From Fimbriosthenelais zetlandica (taxonomy: Eukaryota): a stretch of 64,000 bases of DNA. The notes under the pieces are model-generated. The model was not told where the DNA came from. It saw only the letters and a program-made list of their open reading frames with translations, and did not search any database. Positions 15,001 to 28,000 of this stretch are shown here, in pieces; position 1 is the stretch's first letter, and every line of letters starts with the position of its first letter. The translations under genes were made by a program, and so were the position numbers. The DNA is taken from positions 18,228,001-18,292,000 of the forward strand of contig OZ365116.1 in assembly GCA_977030845.1 (NCBI GenBank), given 5' to 3'.

Positions 15001-18000
15001 CATGTCGTCTTCACACAAGTCACTTCTCTCTGTGTAATGGTTTCTAAGAGGTAACACGACAACGGTTGTCGAGATCTGATACACCTCCAACAATACCCAT
15101 TAACTTTTATTTTTAACTACAATCTTTTTATATACTGAGTGGAATCCAGGCAAGCTTTTCACTTGAGCTCATACCATACATAATACCTTAAATGAAGACT
15201 ATGTGTATTAGACTAGCATTTCATTAGATATCAATACACGTTACTTCAAGCGTGTCAATAATATCCCTCGTGATGTCAGACAGCGGGGAAACAAGATAAG
15301 TTGTTTTATTTTGTCGCATAAACCGTCCATGTGTCACTGCCTGAATACGGCCTGTCACTGGGGTAGAGGCGGACATATAAAGTAAGATGTAAGGTCCCTA
15401 CATCTCATCATAATCCCTCTCTCCATGTAACACACCATATTTAAATTCTCCACTGAGATAATTCATTATCTCTATTTAGATAGCTTTGTCCTAGGCAATG
15501 GTACGCTAAATCCATTGGGGATCTCTTGTGAAAAAGATATGCCTTACACATGTCTTTCAAGCACACACTATTATTGGAGCTCCCCTGAAGCCGTTTCTAT
15601 TTGTTTTCCCTTTATCATTTTGGTCGCAATCGCTACACACCATTTTATGGCTGTGTGATTAGATAACCCGGGTTTAATCCGGAGTGTGAGAGGCCTTTCT
15701 GTATGGTACATTCTGGCCCACCTCCGCACCCAGTGTAGGCCTTTTATTACCATAAGCATTAGGTAACATGGTAAACTGGGCTCATTCATTCAGGTGTTTC
15801 CACCAACTCTTCACTTCTCCCTCTCTACATTTCTCTCCTTGCCCGTCATGGTGTCTGCCACCTTTGGACTACAATGACAAAGGTTCACACCCATGTAAAA
15901 CGTGCCACACGTTCATGTCGCTTATCTCAACTTCTACCACAGAGCCAGAACGCCATCGAGTGTCAGAGCATGCATGGCGTGCCTCTACTCTATATTTCCC
16001 TTACATCTTTCTGTATACAAGTGATCAACGCCTTCCTTATTGTCCCGCAATTGGGATAAAACCCATGCATGAAAGGGCTAAAGGCACTTTTCAAATGTTT
16101 ATGGTTGTTTGCAATGAAAACAAGGGCCATATAATATGTATAGGGCTGGCGGTCATTTACAGCCCATACAGGAAAACAGGAAACATGGAGCAATGGGAAC
16201 CGATATGATTATTTTGTTGAAGGAAATGTTACATAATTGCAGATCTATTTTAGGCTCCAATCTAAGTTGACATCACTTGTTTTTTCCTCAATATTTAGAT
16301 TCCAGCCTCAGGCAATGAGGAAAGGTGAATACACTTAAAGGCTGAGGTCAAATCAGCAGAGTGTTTTGCTCCGCATCAACATGTTCTTATGATTAATAAC
16401 GGACAAAGTTATGCATCATTAATGATGATGTATTTGAATGTCTAATATTGAAACATTTGACATTCAACCTGAAGGGCATGTTAGAGAACAGCCAAAAAAA
16501 TATTGGAAATATGAGACAAAATGGATGGGTTGTGTTGGTACAGAATTATTGCTTTCAAGAGAAACGTGCTTATAAATTGGATAAAGCATAAATAAGATAA
16601 AGGTTGACAGGTCAGAGAAAGGGCCTGAGACTCTCACTTGTCAGCGCTTGTTGAAGTGTTTTGGCCTGTAACTGGGGAGTATCGGGTTACCCGGGCCTGT
16701 CATACACCGTATGGACGCCCATCTCTTACTACAGCACCCTGTCATTGAGGGATCGCCAGAACGCACTCACTCACTATTGACAGCCACGTTTTGAGACAAT
16801 ATCAGAGGAACAGCATCACTTAAAAATATATCCAACTAATATAAGGACATCTATATCTTCTCAGACTTATGTTCCACAAAGTGGTATAACCCAATAGAGG
16901 CATTATGACATCTGAGAATGATCTTTAATTCCTAATCTAAAGAAATAAATATATATATGAGTTTGCTTCATTTGCCCGCACCTGTGATTATAGGGGAGGA
17001 GGTGGTGGGGCGGGGAAAACGGTACTGGTAGAAAGGTGAGGACTAATTAGTTCATTTACTCATGGCTCTCCCCTTCTGCTGACCTCCTACCCCAATCAGA
17101 TGACTGCTGACGTGCTGCAACAATGGTAACAATGATAATTCATGATCTTATCGCTTCATCACTTCATCGTCTCGCTTTTAGCTCACCCTCTATGCAATAT
17201 TAGACCTTCACCCGCCCCACACCCCCCTCCTCGAACCCCCGGGTCGCCACGCCCCCAACGGTGCCGCATGAAAGCTGCAGCGGCAACGCTCACGTGACTA
17301 TTGGTCACATCTCGCGAGAGCTTTTGTCTTCATCAGTTACCTTTAACAACAGAAAAGTAAAGCGGGCTGGACAAAAGAGGGAGCCTGCTTTCTTACAACA
17401 AAAGGCACAAAGTCACACTCTAGGGCGCGGACCCCTAACACTTTTGCAAAATGATAAGAATATTTATCAAATCTAGGGATCTTGTTGTTTCCTTCCCATG
17501 GAGACTTGGGTGGAAACGGACGGAGGGCTTTTTCTTTTCTTTTTATACCTGAAGCCATCTGTTTCCTGGAAGGTAACCCAGACACCCCTCACCAAACCAT
17601 GAGCTAATTACATCACACAACAAAAACAGGCAAAAAGAATTATTCACAATAAAGGCCCTTCAACCGCCAATTCAACACAGTACTTTTACACTACATAAAA
17701 TGTAGAGAATCCGCAAAATATATGTTTACGAATAAGCTGGAGCTTTTATTTAATTACTTCCGGATATCAAATCTGGTTAAATATTGCACATCCAGCTTTT
17801 TATTTTTTTCCGCTTTTGCGCACTTTCCAAAATGGATCTTTATGGTAGTGAGAATGCATTGGGGAGGCGGCGTGTGTGAATGGACACAGTCATCTATAGC
17901 GGCCTGTGTGATGGGTGGTGAGAGGGGAACGTGGACATGGAACAATTGCTCGCATATACAATAATCGCCATATTCTCATGTATTCATGGGAGGACAATAG

Positions 18001-18805
18001 GGATGACTGGTCATGTAATGTATGTACACCCATTCTTCACGTGTTAATTTATAACACCAATTCCCTAATGTACAGAATAATACGCACATGAATATACTTT
18101 TGAACAATCCATAACCATCTGTTGTGAATATGAGCATATCATGAACGGTACAAATGGTGTAACATTGTTCAAACATATGTTTCCTCACTCCTTCCAACGA
18201 GCAAATTTATGACACGGCAAATCATTAGTTATTCACAAGGAAATGAGAGAACAGGGGAAGACAAATAGGAAGGTGTCAGCGGGCATAAATAGAATTTGTT
18301 TTAATTATACCTGGAAATTTCTATCTCTTCGGACTCTGATGTCCACAGGATTTACTCCAGGAAAAAACATCCTGTCTTCCAATGTCTCCCACACACCTCC
18401 GTCTCCCTCCCCACTGACACGCATGGCAAGGCGTGACGTAATCGCCCATGTCTGTCTCGACCAATGAGAGCCCGCTCCCCACTCCTACAATGGGCGGAGC
18501 TTGGCTGTGTGAGGGAGGAGGGATTGATGCCCACACGAGACAGAACTAAAGTATGAGTTGGAAAAGTCATTGTCAGAATTCAGTCAGACGTGTGATGCAT
18601 ACGGTCAATACGTTCTTCATTGGCTCCTGAAGCACAGACACAATATAGGAGACAGGAGCAATAAGGTGCAACACTCTGCCCGGGTATATAGTAGATATCA
18701 CTGAGCAAAAGCCAATACTCACCCACCAGCCAATATACCTCTCACATGGCACCCAATACACATCAACAGTCTTAACACAGCCTCATCCAAGACTTATCCT
18801 GCTTA

Positions 18806-18840
18806 TATATAACTGAGCTATATAACATTATAGTCAGTAG
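18806..18840 (+). promoter_or_regulatory. Blimp-1 core promoter: TATA box plus initiator, TSS near 18836
   Basis: TATATAA at 18806-18812 and an Inr-like TCAGT at 18834-18838 give the canonical 30-nt spacing. The site is about 195 nt upstream of the ATG at 19032. CRE-like, CCAAT and GGGCGG motifs lie at about 18430-18500. Confidence 0.6.
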
Positions 18841-19031
18841 ACGGCCAGAGGTGGACTCACTGAGATATCAAGGAGAAGAGAGAAACTTGGATATAAGAGA
18901 ACTTTTAACTAACAGTTCTCTGTGCATGAATGTCCTGGTGGATAACCTAAAAGAACTCCAGATCTGAGCAACTGATCATCTTTTGATGCAGTTCAGAAGA
19001 CTTCAACCAACTTTAGCAGTTTAGAGTTACA

Positions 19032-22000
19032 ATGACAGCAGGTATGTTAAAATATATATACAGTGGTTATATCAAAATTATTCCGACTTGGATAAGGCAG
19101 ACAATATTGGAGGAATTCCAGAGAATAACTGAACAAAGTTAAATGCAATAAATTATATTGCAGGGAGAATTATAACCAAGAAGTAATTAATATTAATATT
19201 CCCCAATTCGCAATCATTTCCAATCTTGTGGGCTCCATTGTCATATTGTGTTGCAATTAGCAGTTTAGTATATATAATTGGACATTGTAGCGGCCGCATG
19301 GCTACAAGGTATACATTGGTCAGTACATTAACCCTAGAATGAGAAACACTAGAACTTATATAATTAGACAATGGATAATGTGTCATATTCCCGAGGGGCA
19401 AAAAGGACAGGTGAAAGTGAAGTCAAGGTAGATAGGGACAATATATGATGACTCGGTGAGAGGCTAATGCTTTATTTCAAGCCACGAGCCTCTCATGCCC
19501 CCCATGCAGCAAAGTAATAACTTCGGACACGCAGTGGAGACCCCCTCATTGGTTTCAATTTCAGATTATCAAATATTAGGGCCATGTATACGTGCATTAA
19601 TACAGATGTATAAGTATATGCGTGTATAATTGCTGCAGTATTCGTCGGCTAGGTTATATTTCATGGATCTCATTCTGCCCTTCATGACGCAACTCTTATA
19701 ACGTTCAGCAGCAGAAACCATTCTATTTCAGGTCCAATTAAAGGTAAATACATACATGTAGTCAGGAAATGTCTACCACGCGGAAGTGTCTATATTCCAT
19801 GTAGTGTCCCAAAGGTCATAATTAGTCTAAATCATAAGTGTTTTTAACAATTTACTAATTCGGATCCAAATGGAAGGAGCACCGGCATCCTCATTTCCCA
19901 CCGGGCGAGCCTGCGGTGATCCCCGGTGGGAAACGGCGCCATATTTCGCTCCCTAAAGCCTAGAACTTGCGACATGATGAGGTTGGGATGTATTCCCTAC
20001 TCTCTTAATACGCACCTTATATTAACCACTGTGGCTAACTTTATACGAGTTCTCGGAATGGTCTCCATACTGAGATATGCCACTAATGTACGAATTCCCT
20101 TCAAAAGTTCAATAATTTGAAAAATGCGTCCCCGGTTCTGGGAGGGTATAATATGGGGACGGGGCAGTTTAGCCCGGTTTGAGCTCTTAGATTGGGCCGG
20201 AGAGCAGGCTGGTAGAGGCGGGTAATGGCGGGGAGAGCACCGGCCTCTCACCCGTAACCACCATACCGTGTGCTAGAAACACCTTGGCATTTAAACCAAA
20301 CTAAATACCAAAATTAATTTGGTAAAAGGAAGTGAAATACCCATTTTAAGGCCATTTATCTTAGAAGGCAGCATGCTCAGGAACATGTGGGTATCTAAAT
20401 AAGGATAATCTAGGATTATCTGAGCATAAACCTATATGAGGGAAGGTTCCCAGTGCATGGTCCAGGTATAGATTATAGGTGGCAAATCTTAACACATGTA
20501 CATGTAACGTTAGAGTGAGGAGGATTGTGACCATTGGTGATTAGCCTGGCTATATTATCTAACTCCGCGCACATTTCCATCATTCAGACAAGCAGTAATG
20601 ATAATGTGAGGCATGTAGTGCGTTTTCTCTGTCACTGCTGATAAGCTAGGCTGGGAGAGAGCTATAGATAATAATGTGATAATCCCAAATCCTGGATAAG
20701 GACATGCCCAGAGATATATTCCCCAATCGTCATGAAGAAATGCACCAAACATAATTTATATTCAGTAAATTCTGGAAGGCCTATATAACTCATGCATCCT
20801 TTTCATCCCAAAAGTGTTCATGTTTTAGATATATATCCACCTATACAGGTATAATATATATTAAATCTTATTTGACTTTTTCTCTCTTTTTCTCGTCAGC
20901 AGAAGGCTGTAACGTGGACACGGTCACAGAGGAGGGACATGACCGCGAGGCCACCTATTTCGTGCCGGACCGGCCCGTCACGGACGGTACCAGTAACCGC
21001 GCCCAGGCCTCCCTCCCCAGGAACCTGCTACTCAAACCATCCCAGTCCCTCACCGAGGTGAGCAAATCTCTATCTCTTTTACATTTCACACACCATACAT
21101 TTTCTTTCACAATATTCTCTGTCTATATATTCTAATATTACTCATGATATTTTAAACCTGAATGCTTCTCTTGCGTTTCAAGTTTACTCACCCGCCCTTT
21201 CTATAATATGACACAGGTGGAGATTATGTAACATTAGTTTCACATTTCTTGATAATTTGTACACTGCTCCAGTCTGTGTATCCATGGTACTGTACAATCC
21301 ATCATGTCCCCCCACCATGATAAGCCACCATACGGTCACACTTGGCCGCTAATTCCATGGATAAACATTGCATAATCACTAATAAACATTAATAAATTGA
21401 TAGATTTCGGGCAACTTTTCAGAAATAAGTATTGCTGGATTTCAACAGAAATTGCACTATAATATTTAGTTAATGGGTTCAGTGGTAGGACAGTCTAGGT
21501 AGCCTATATATTAATCAATTAAACCTTTAAATCATTGTATTACGGGCGTACTAATCTGAAGCATTACCATTTGTCAGCTGGGGTATTCAAGGCATTTCAA
21601 TGAATCAGCCAATGTTTTCTTTCACCCCTCACAGGTGACATATCTCAATGTATATATACCTGATCAGAGGGAGAAAAGGTGTGGTACCAGGAGTATCCAA
21701 TAACCTCAAGGGGTGAAAGGATGCCACTAATGTCCCCCTTTTTATCGCCTTACAATGAGCCACTTTGTCAGAAAACTGAGGGGAATTGAAAAGTGTCACT
21801 CTCCCAATTCATGTCCACTTTCAATTTAGTGGCGCGGTCGCGACCGCAAGACGGCGGAAGGTCATTTAGAAATACAGCAATGAATTGTATTGGTGAATGT
21901 CCAGCACGGGTTTCTCCGCCTGTATCTTTGTCCGGCTGCCATGGTAGGAGTGGACAGTGGAGGAGGAATGTCTCCTAAAATCAACAAATTCATTGCCATC

Positions 22001-25000
22001 TTTCACTTCCCCAGTTGTCTGACCCTCTTGCTAACAACACTGCCTTCTTTCAAGTGTTCGAAGTCAAAATATCGTCTGCTTTTTCGCGCTCTTTGTCCAA
22101 GCAGTGGGAAACCCGTTCTTTGTTGTTTCTACTTGTACTATTCGCCTCCACATCAAAGAAAGATTACAAGAAGTAAAGAGCCATGTAAGAGTAGAACTTG
22201 ATCTCCGAGGTCATATTCAGGTCTCGGTACACACAAGAAGAAAAAAGGTTGAGTAATTGTCAGAAAATGGTGAGAAGTAGAATAGAAAAGGTGCATTGCA
22301 CAATAGAGAGGTGCGCGGCCGGGGAAAAGTTCAGGCGGGGCTTGACACAATGCCCACTGTGTCCATGCACGTCTCTCCTGGCTTATCAAGCAAGGGCGAC
22401 ATTTCAGGTGAAAAGTCGTTTTCAGAGGTTTTACATTCTAAATCCCAGAAAACTTAACCCCATCACAGTGACTTTATATTGGGTGTGACGGCTACACTTC
22501 TCAACGTGTGTAGGATTGGGTTAGGGGTAGGATTCCTTTATTGAAAGGGTGTGAAACGAGCTCCTTGTCGGGGAGAATATCATCTTTCCACCCTTCACTA
22601 ATGAAATCAGAGGTCATCATATCAAGTGAGGGATACATGAAAGGTCCCAAGTTTTTTCTCTGGATATTCATTAGACCACAGCTTTTGAGCCAGTGATGTA
22701 ACCTTATCTTTAAGTCAAGGAGATGGAGTCGGACTTGGAACATTTCAAAGAATAGAACCGAGTTGGCCAAAGAGGGTACGGTTTGGGGTCGGTCCCGCAC
22801 CATTGATTTCACGCCAATCAACCAAGTCTAACTAAAATATATTAACTTGACTTTTAGAAGATGGGATATAAAAGAAATCCCGTGATTTCATAATTATTGG
22901 TTTAAATGATTACTATAAACCAATGCCTTGGAGTTACACATATGCAGCCTGTATGTATTTCTCTGCTCATTTCTCATTTACCAAAAAACCTTCAATTAAA
23001 CAAACTCGACCTTTCCTACCGACACCTTTTAATATATCAAAAAGCAATTTTTGGAATACTGATCTTAAGAATTTGGTGGGAAAACAGTAGCAGGAATTGA
23101 CTAAAACAACTGGAAACGAATTTGAAAATGAAACTTCATATTCCGAGAAAATAATATTGTGATACATCTTTTATGCTGTCAGACGCATTCGAATAAGTTT
23201 TCGGACTGGAAAAGGCTACTAATTGTTGATGAATTCATCCGCTTTCAAAGAGAATGTGCCGCGCCGGCCGCGTCTGGAGTAGAAGGCCAGGTGCGCGCTC
23301 CTATACCGAGGCCCGTTATACCACCAGATCTATACAAATAAAAGGCGCTTGTCGATATGGAACTTTGCATTAAATAATAACCCCTTTTAAACCCCAAAAT
23401 ATGGAAAGGAAACATATGTCCTATTTTAATATCATATAGATTATTCCTCTAAAGAGTATATCATATCGGCAGCTGGTTTCTTTTTTGGGGAAGAGCAGAT
23501 CTTTTTTCTTCCATCATACAAAGGTATGATAAGTAGGTGTCAGGTGATAAAGTGTAAATTAGCAATGATGGGAAGCTTCTTAATATAATATTATGCCTAA
23601 TTAACAAAACCACAGGATGCAATAGTCAGAAAGTTCGTGATATTGGCTTGATATTCCCCGTAATACTTTGTTTGACCCAAGTGCCCGTTTTGCTGGGCAC
23701 GTTTCTGGGAAATTCTTTCTGAATGTTCCGGCAATAAACATGTACCCACCTGTTGACCCGCGTTAGGAAAAATTTCACTTCCATGAGGCTAGCATTTGAA
23801 AGTGCATCTTATAATAAAAATAGGATTAAGTACCGGTGCTGAATAAAGGAAAATTAACCAATATTGTTGTTGGGTCTTTAACCTTTGCCTGACCATCTCA
23901 AACCCACTTTCCATATAGCCTTCTAAACCTATTACTCACAACACCGAGAGTAACATTATTAATCCATCTCTATATGCCCTAATTGGATTGAAATCGGCTT
24001 GAAGAGCGAGAAAAGGCCTTTTGTTAGCTTTAACTTCACGCGCTGACTAGGTGGCTATTTGCGATGCAATTGCCCGACCAAACTCCCTGGTCGCGCCAGC
24101 CATGTACTTGCACAATGAAAGGGTGAGCCAATCTTTCGACTTGCGATTTCATTTCGAGCAAACCGTGTGATCGGATCAAGCTATTACACGAAAGGTGAAA
24201 AGCATAAAGTTCACTTTCATGAATAATAAGAGCTGAAGGGTACAGTATTATAGGGGCGCTGGTTCTACTGTTCTGTTTGGACTGGAGGCCTGAATGTGAG
24301 AGAGTGTACACCTGGGAGACATCCTATATACGTTTAAGGTGAAACCCGTGTAGGACGTACTAGGATGAAACCTTTAATATAATTATTGGTAATTATCAAC
24401 TACATGTATGGAACTATTTAAATGTTAAATAAGGTTTCCTGGTACTGGATAATTTTCCAGGAACTCCGAAGTGCTAATTTGAGCAGACTAGAATATGATC
24501 AGGAATTATCAAAGAGCATTTTACTCTTCCAGGTATTAGGCGTGTACAGCAGTGAATTCATTCCAAAAGGCACGAGATTCGGACCACTTCGCGGGGAAAT
24601 CTATGGAAAGGACAACGTCCCCAAAGGAGCAAACAGGAAATATTTCTGGAGGGTAAGTTTAAGCATTCATTTTCCTAGTCCATTCGTGAATTTAGGCTTA
24701 CAATCCACAAACTGATCGACTTTAGGCTTACAATCCACAAACTGATCGACTTATTGTATAAAGAACATCTGTCGCCTGGGACAATGAATACCCTAAACAA
24801 AACGGATCCCATATCATTTGAACGAAAATGCAGCAAAATGTGCACAGATATTGACTTTAAACACATCATGATGGCTAGCACTGTCATACCAATTGTCCAG
24901 CTAGTATGGGATCTTATTGACTTTCACTCAGCCTTCCGCCTTCAGCTGTGATTGACCACATTGTAATTCAAATGTTCTTCCATTTCCATCCACCCATGTA

Positions 25001-28000
25001 TAGGTATACCACAACAACGAGCTGTACCATTACATAGATGGCTTGGAGGAGGAGAAGGCTAACTGGATGCGCTACGTGAACCCGGCCCATTCTCTCAGCT
25101 ATCAGAACCTCGTAGCGTGTCAGATTGGTCTCGACATTTACTTCTACACCATCAAGGCCATCCTGCCACAGACGGAGCTGCTCGTGTGGTACTGCCGGGA
25201 GTTCGCCGAGCGCCTCAACTACCCCCCTACAGGCGAGGCCATGATGATGAAAATAAGTAAGTTACCTTTAACTTGATAGATACACCTGTATCCGCCGAGC
25301 AGAGTTTACAATAGTTTTGCATAGTTATTCAGGTATTTGGCGAACCGCGACAAAAAAGGCAAATGCATAGGAAAGTGGATGAATATTTCATAAAGCAGCG
25401 CTAAAAAGAGGGATCTTTATTTCCTTTCTCCCTATTTTACAAATGATGAATCCCACGCGTATGTCCGTGAGGAAATGTTTACGAGAAATCTGAGCATACA
25501 GACGTGTAGTAGCTAGCGATTTACTCGTATTGGATTACATAATGGAGTCGCCAGTGAGTATTTTTTAGAGTAAAGATGAAAGGGGTGCTCCACCGACCCC
25601 CGTACCTGTCGGTAAAGGTCACCATAATTCACCCGGGTGTCACTATAGGCCAAGTCAGCCATATTTTGTCCCAGAAAATAGCTACTAATTAGAGGCCTTT
25701 ATAACAATCACTAAATTCGGAGAGCTTATCTTATGTAAACGATCTTTGACAAGATATTATAAACCAAAATATAATTTGAGACCAGCTAGCATTCATCACC
25801 GCAACAAAGTATGTAGACATAGCAAGTTATTCTTCTTATAAATTATTGTAAAACCCTTTTCATGAGAATAGGGAACAAGTCAAAACAAGAAAAATTCCAA
25901 TTTCAATTTCGAATGCCATTGAGCTTAAATTGAATTAAAAATATTTTTCTACGCACTATCCCAGGGTAATGAGAGGTAAAAAGGGGGAATAATGGCAAGT
26001 CTATGGCACAGTCGAATCTCAGCAAAGCTCGTCACGGATCAAGCGATCCATTTGAAAAGGCTTGGCGATGATGAGAAACAGTTATAATATCAATAGCCTA
26101 ACACCAGTGTAATTGACACTTCCGTGGTCATGACAACTAGGTCGAAAGTACCCGGATGATCTCTCCTCTCTATACCTTAGCGTGGGAAAGTTGGGGATAA
26201 GATGTGAGTGAAATGATCACCTAGGATCCCCCAGCCCCGCCCCCTTCAATAGACACTCAGATCAATCAGCTCCACTCAGTCTCATCCCCCCTCAAGCTTC
26301 CCACAACATGCCGGCCTATAGAAAGACGCCACATTATATTGTAATTGAAAACTCCTATACATGTGGAATATAGATTACCTCAAATCATCATCTTCCTGTC
26401 CCTACACCCGAGATCATATCAGATTTATTACCAACTATCTAGAAATGATCTTCCTTTAAAAACGGAATCAGTTATAATTAGTTAGTAATGGATAGTAAAA
26501 TAATTATGGGAACCAAGGAAATCATCTTTCTCATAATATATAATTCCGTTTTACAAGTCCTTCATTAGATGAGATTCGGAAGACTTTTTTCATATTCCAT
26601 ATCATAATTTGATAAGGTCTGGGGTTATGGTAAATATGAATGACATATTTCTTCACTTTTTCACCCCACCATGGCATTCCGATGGTATTTTCCCATCGCT
26701 GGCAGCTGCACGTCACGATAAATGGGATCAAGCCATTTTGTATGGTCTTTTTTCTTCTTCATGAGTTTTCATTGTGTTACGAGTGGTCTCCCATGTGTCA
26801 TGTGGGCCTGTTATCATCCCTTCATTTCCTGCATCTGCAAGACTTTCCTCGCCCGATAACAATGGTTAAAGTTAGGGGGGAGAAGGTTGAAATGATCCCT
26901 CACCCTTCAAGTATTAGTGACCATATTCCCATGTAATCCTCTCTCACTGACACCCCAACCTTTGAAAACACCCCACATTTCACCCTCCACTTTTAAAAAC
27001 TTTGATGTGTGGAATTTGTTGGAGCATTTCAACTCGTTCTCACGGTGACGTGTGTAGGGGTCGATATATCAAATATGAAGCAGCAAATCTCGGCAGGCCG
27101 CTCTGCGTGGGGTGCTAGATAGGAGACGGCCAGACAATACCTAAACTTACACACTCACTTTGATCTTTCCAATGCTTTTTCAGTCTATATTGGAAAGTAT
27201 CATTATATGATTCCATTCATGCTTCTCCCAGTTATCTAACAATATCGAGTATCAACAGTTGGCTATATATATCCTTTTCAATAGGATTCCTTCATATCCC
27301 AGGCTATCGACTTGTTAGATATTGGAGGTTGGGGGTGGGGGAAGTACCAGCGATTGAGATGCCAGGTTAAATTGAAAATGGGCCGATTAGGATGTCAGTC
27401 CCCTGGAAGGCTGTGGTGTAGGATAGTGTGTATGTATGTGAGAGGCAAGTTGTAGGGCAACAATAGGAACAGAGAGAGGTAAAAGGCAGGGTTAATGAAG
27501 CGGGGCTCACAACATGCTGGTAAAATAGGAACCCAGCAGTGATAACCTGCCTCCCTATTTACTGCTACATCCATAAAGCACACTCTACTCAGGCTATTTA
27601 GGCACTGTAAGCTAGGACTGAATGGGAGGAAATGTTTACAAACGTTTGTCAATCCGTAAGGAAAGTGTAGTTGTTAAATCTACCATCATATTAACCTATC
27701 TGTGCTTTCAACGGTTTAAAGTAGGGGTATTTATTAATACTCCTACAAATGGTCTTATATAATTAACTCAATACTAATCGGTATCATTAGTAAGGTTCAA
27801 TGGAGCAGAGGATAATCCATTCAAATAATTAGAGATTTCTCTGAACGTCTAAACTCTAACAGCTTCAAGTTCATCATGAAAAGCTAGGATTTATTCAGCT
27901 TGGCCTCTCCCTCCATATAATAGAGAAAACTCAAAAGGGACTGCTTTACATCAAGCCCCCTAAATCTGCACACTTAATAGAAATATTTTAATCTCCACAG

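Noticed and set aside
15768-16208. 146-aa ORF upstream of Blimp-1
   Set aside because: It has no recognisable domain, a composition typical of random ORFs, and no splice-compatible neighbours.
26181-26305. Head-to-head Su(H) pair as an SPS element
   Set aside because: The spacing is about 110 bp, whereas an SPS needs about 15-17 bp.
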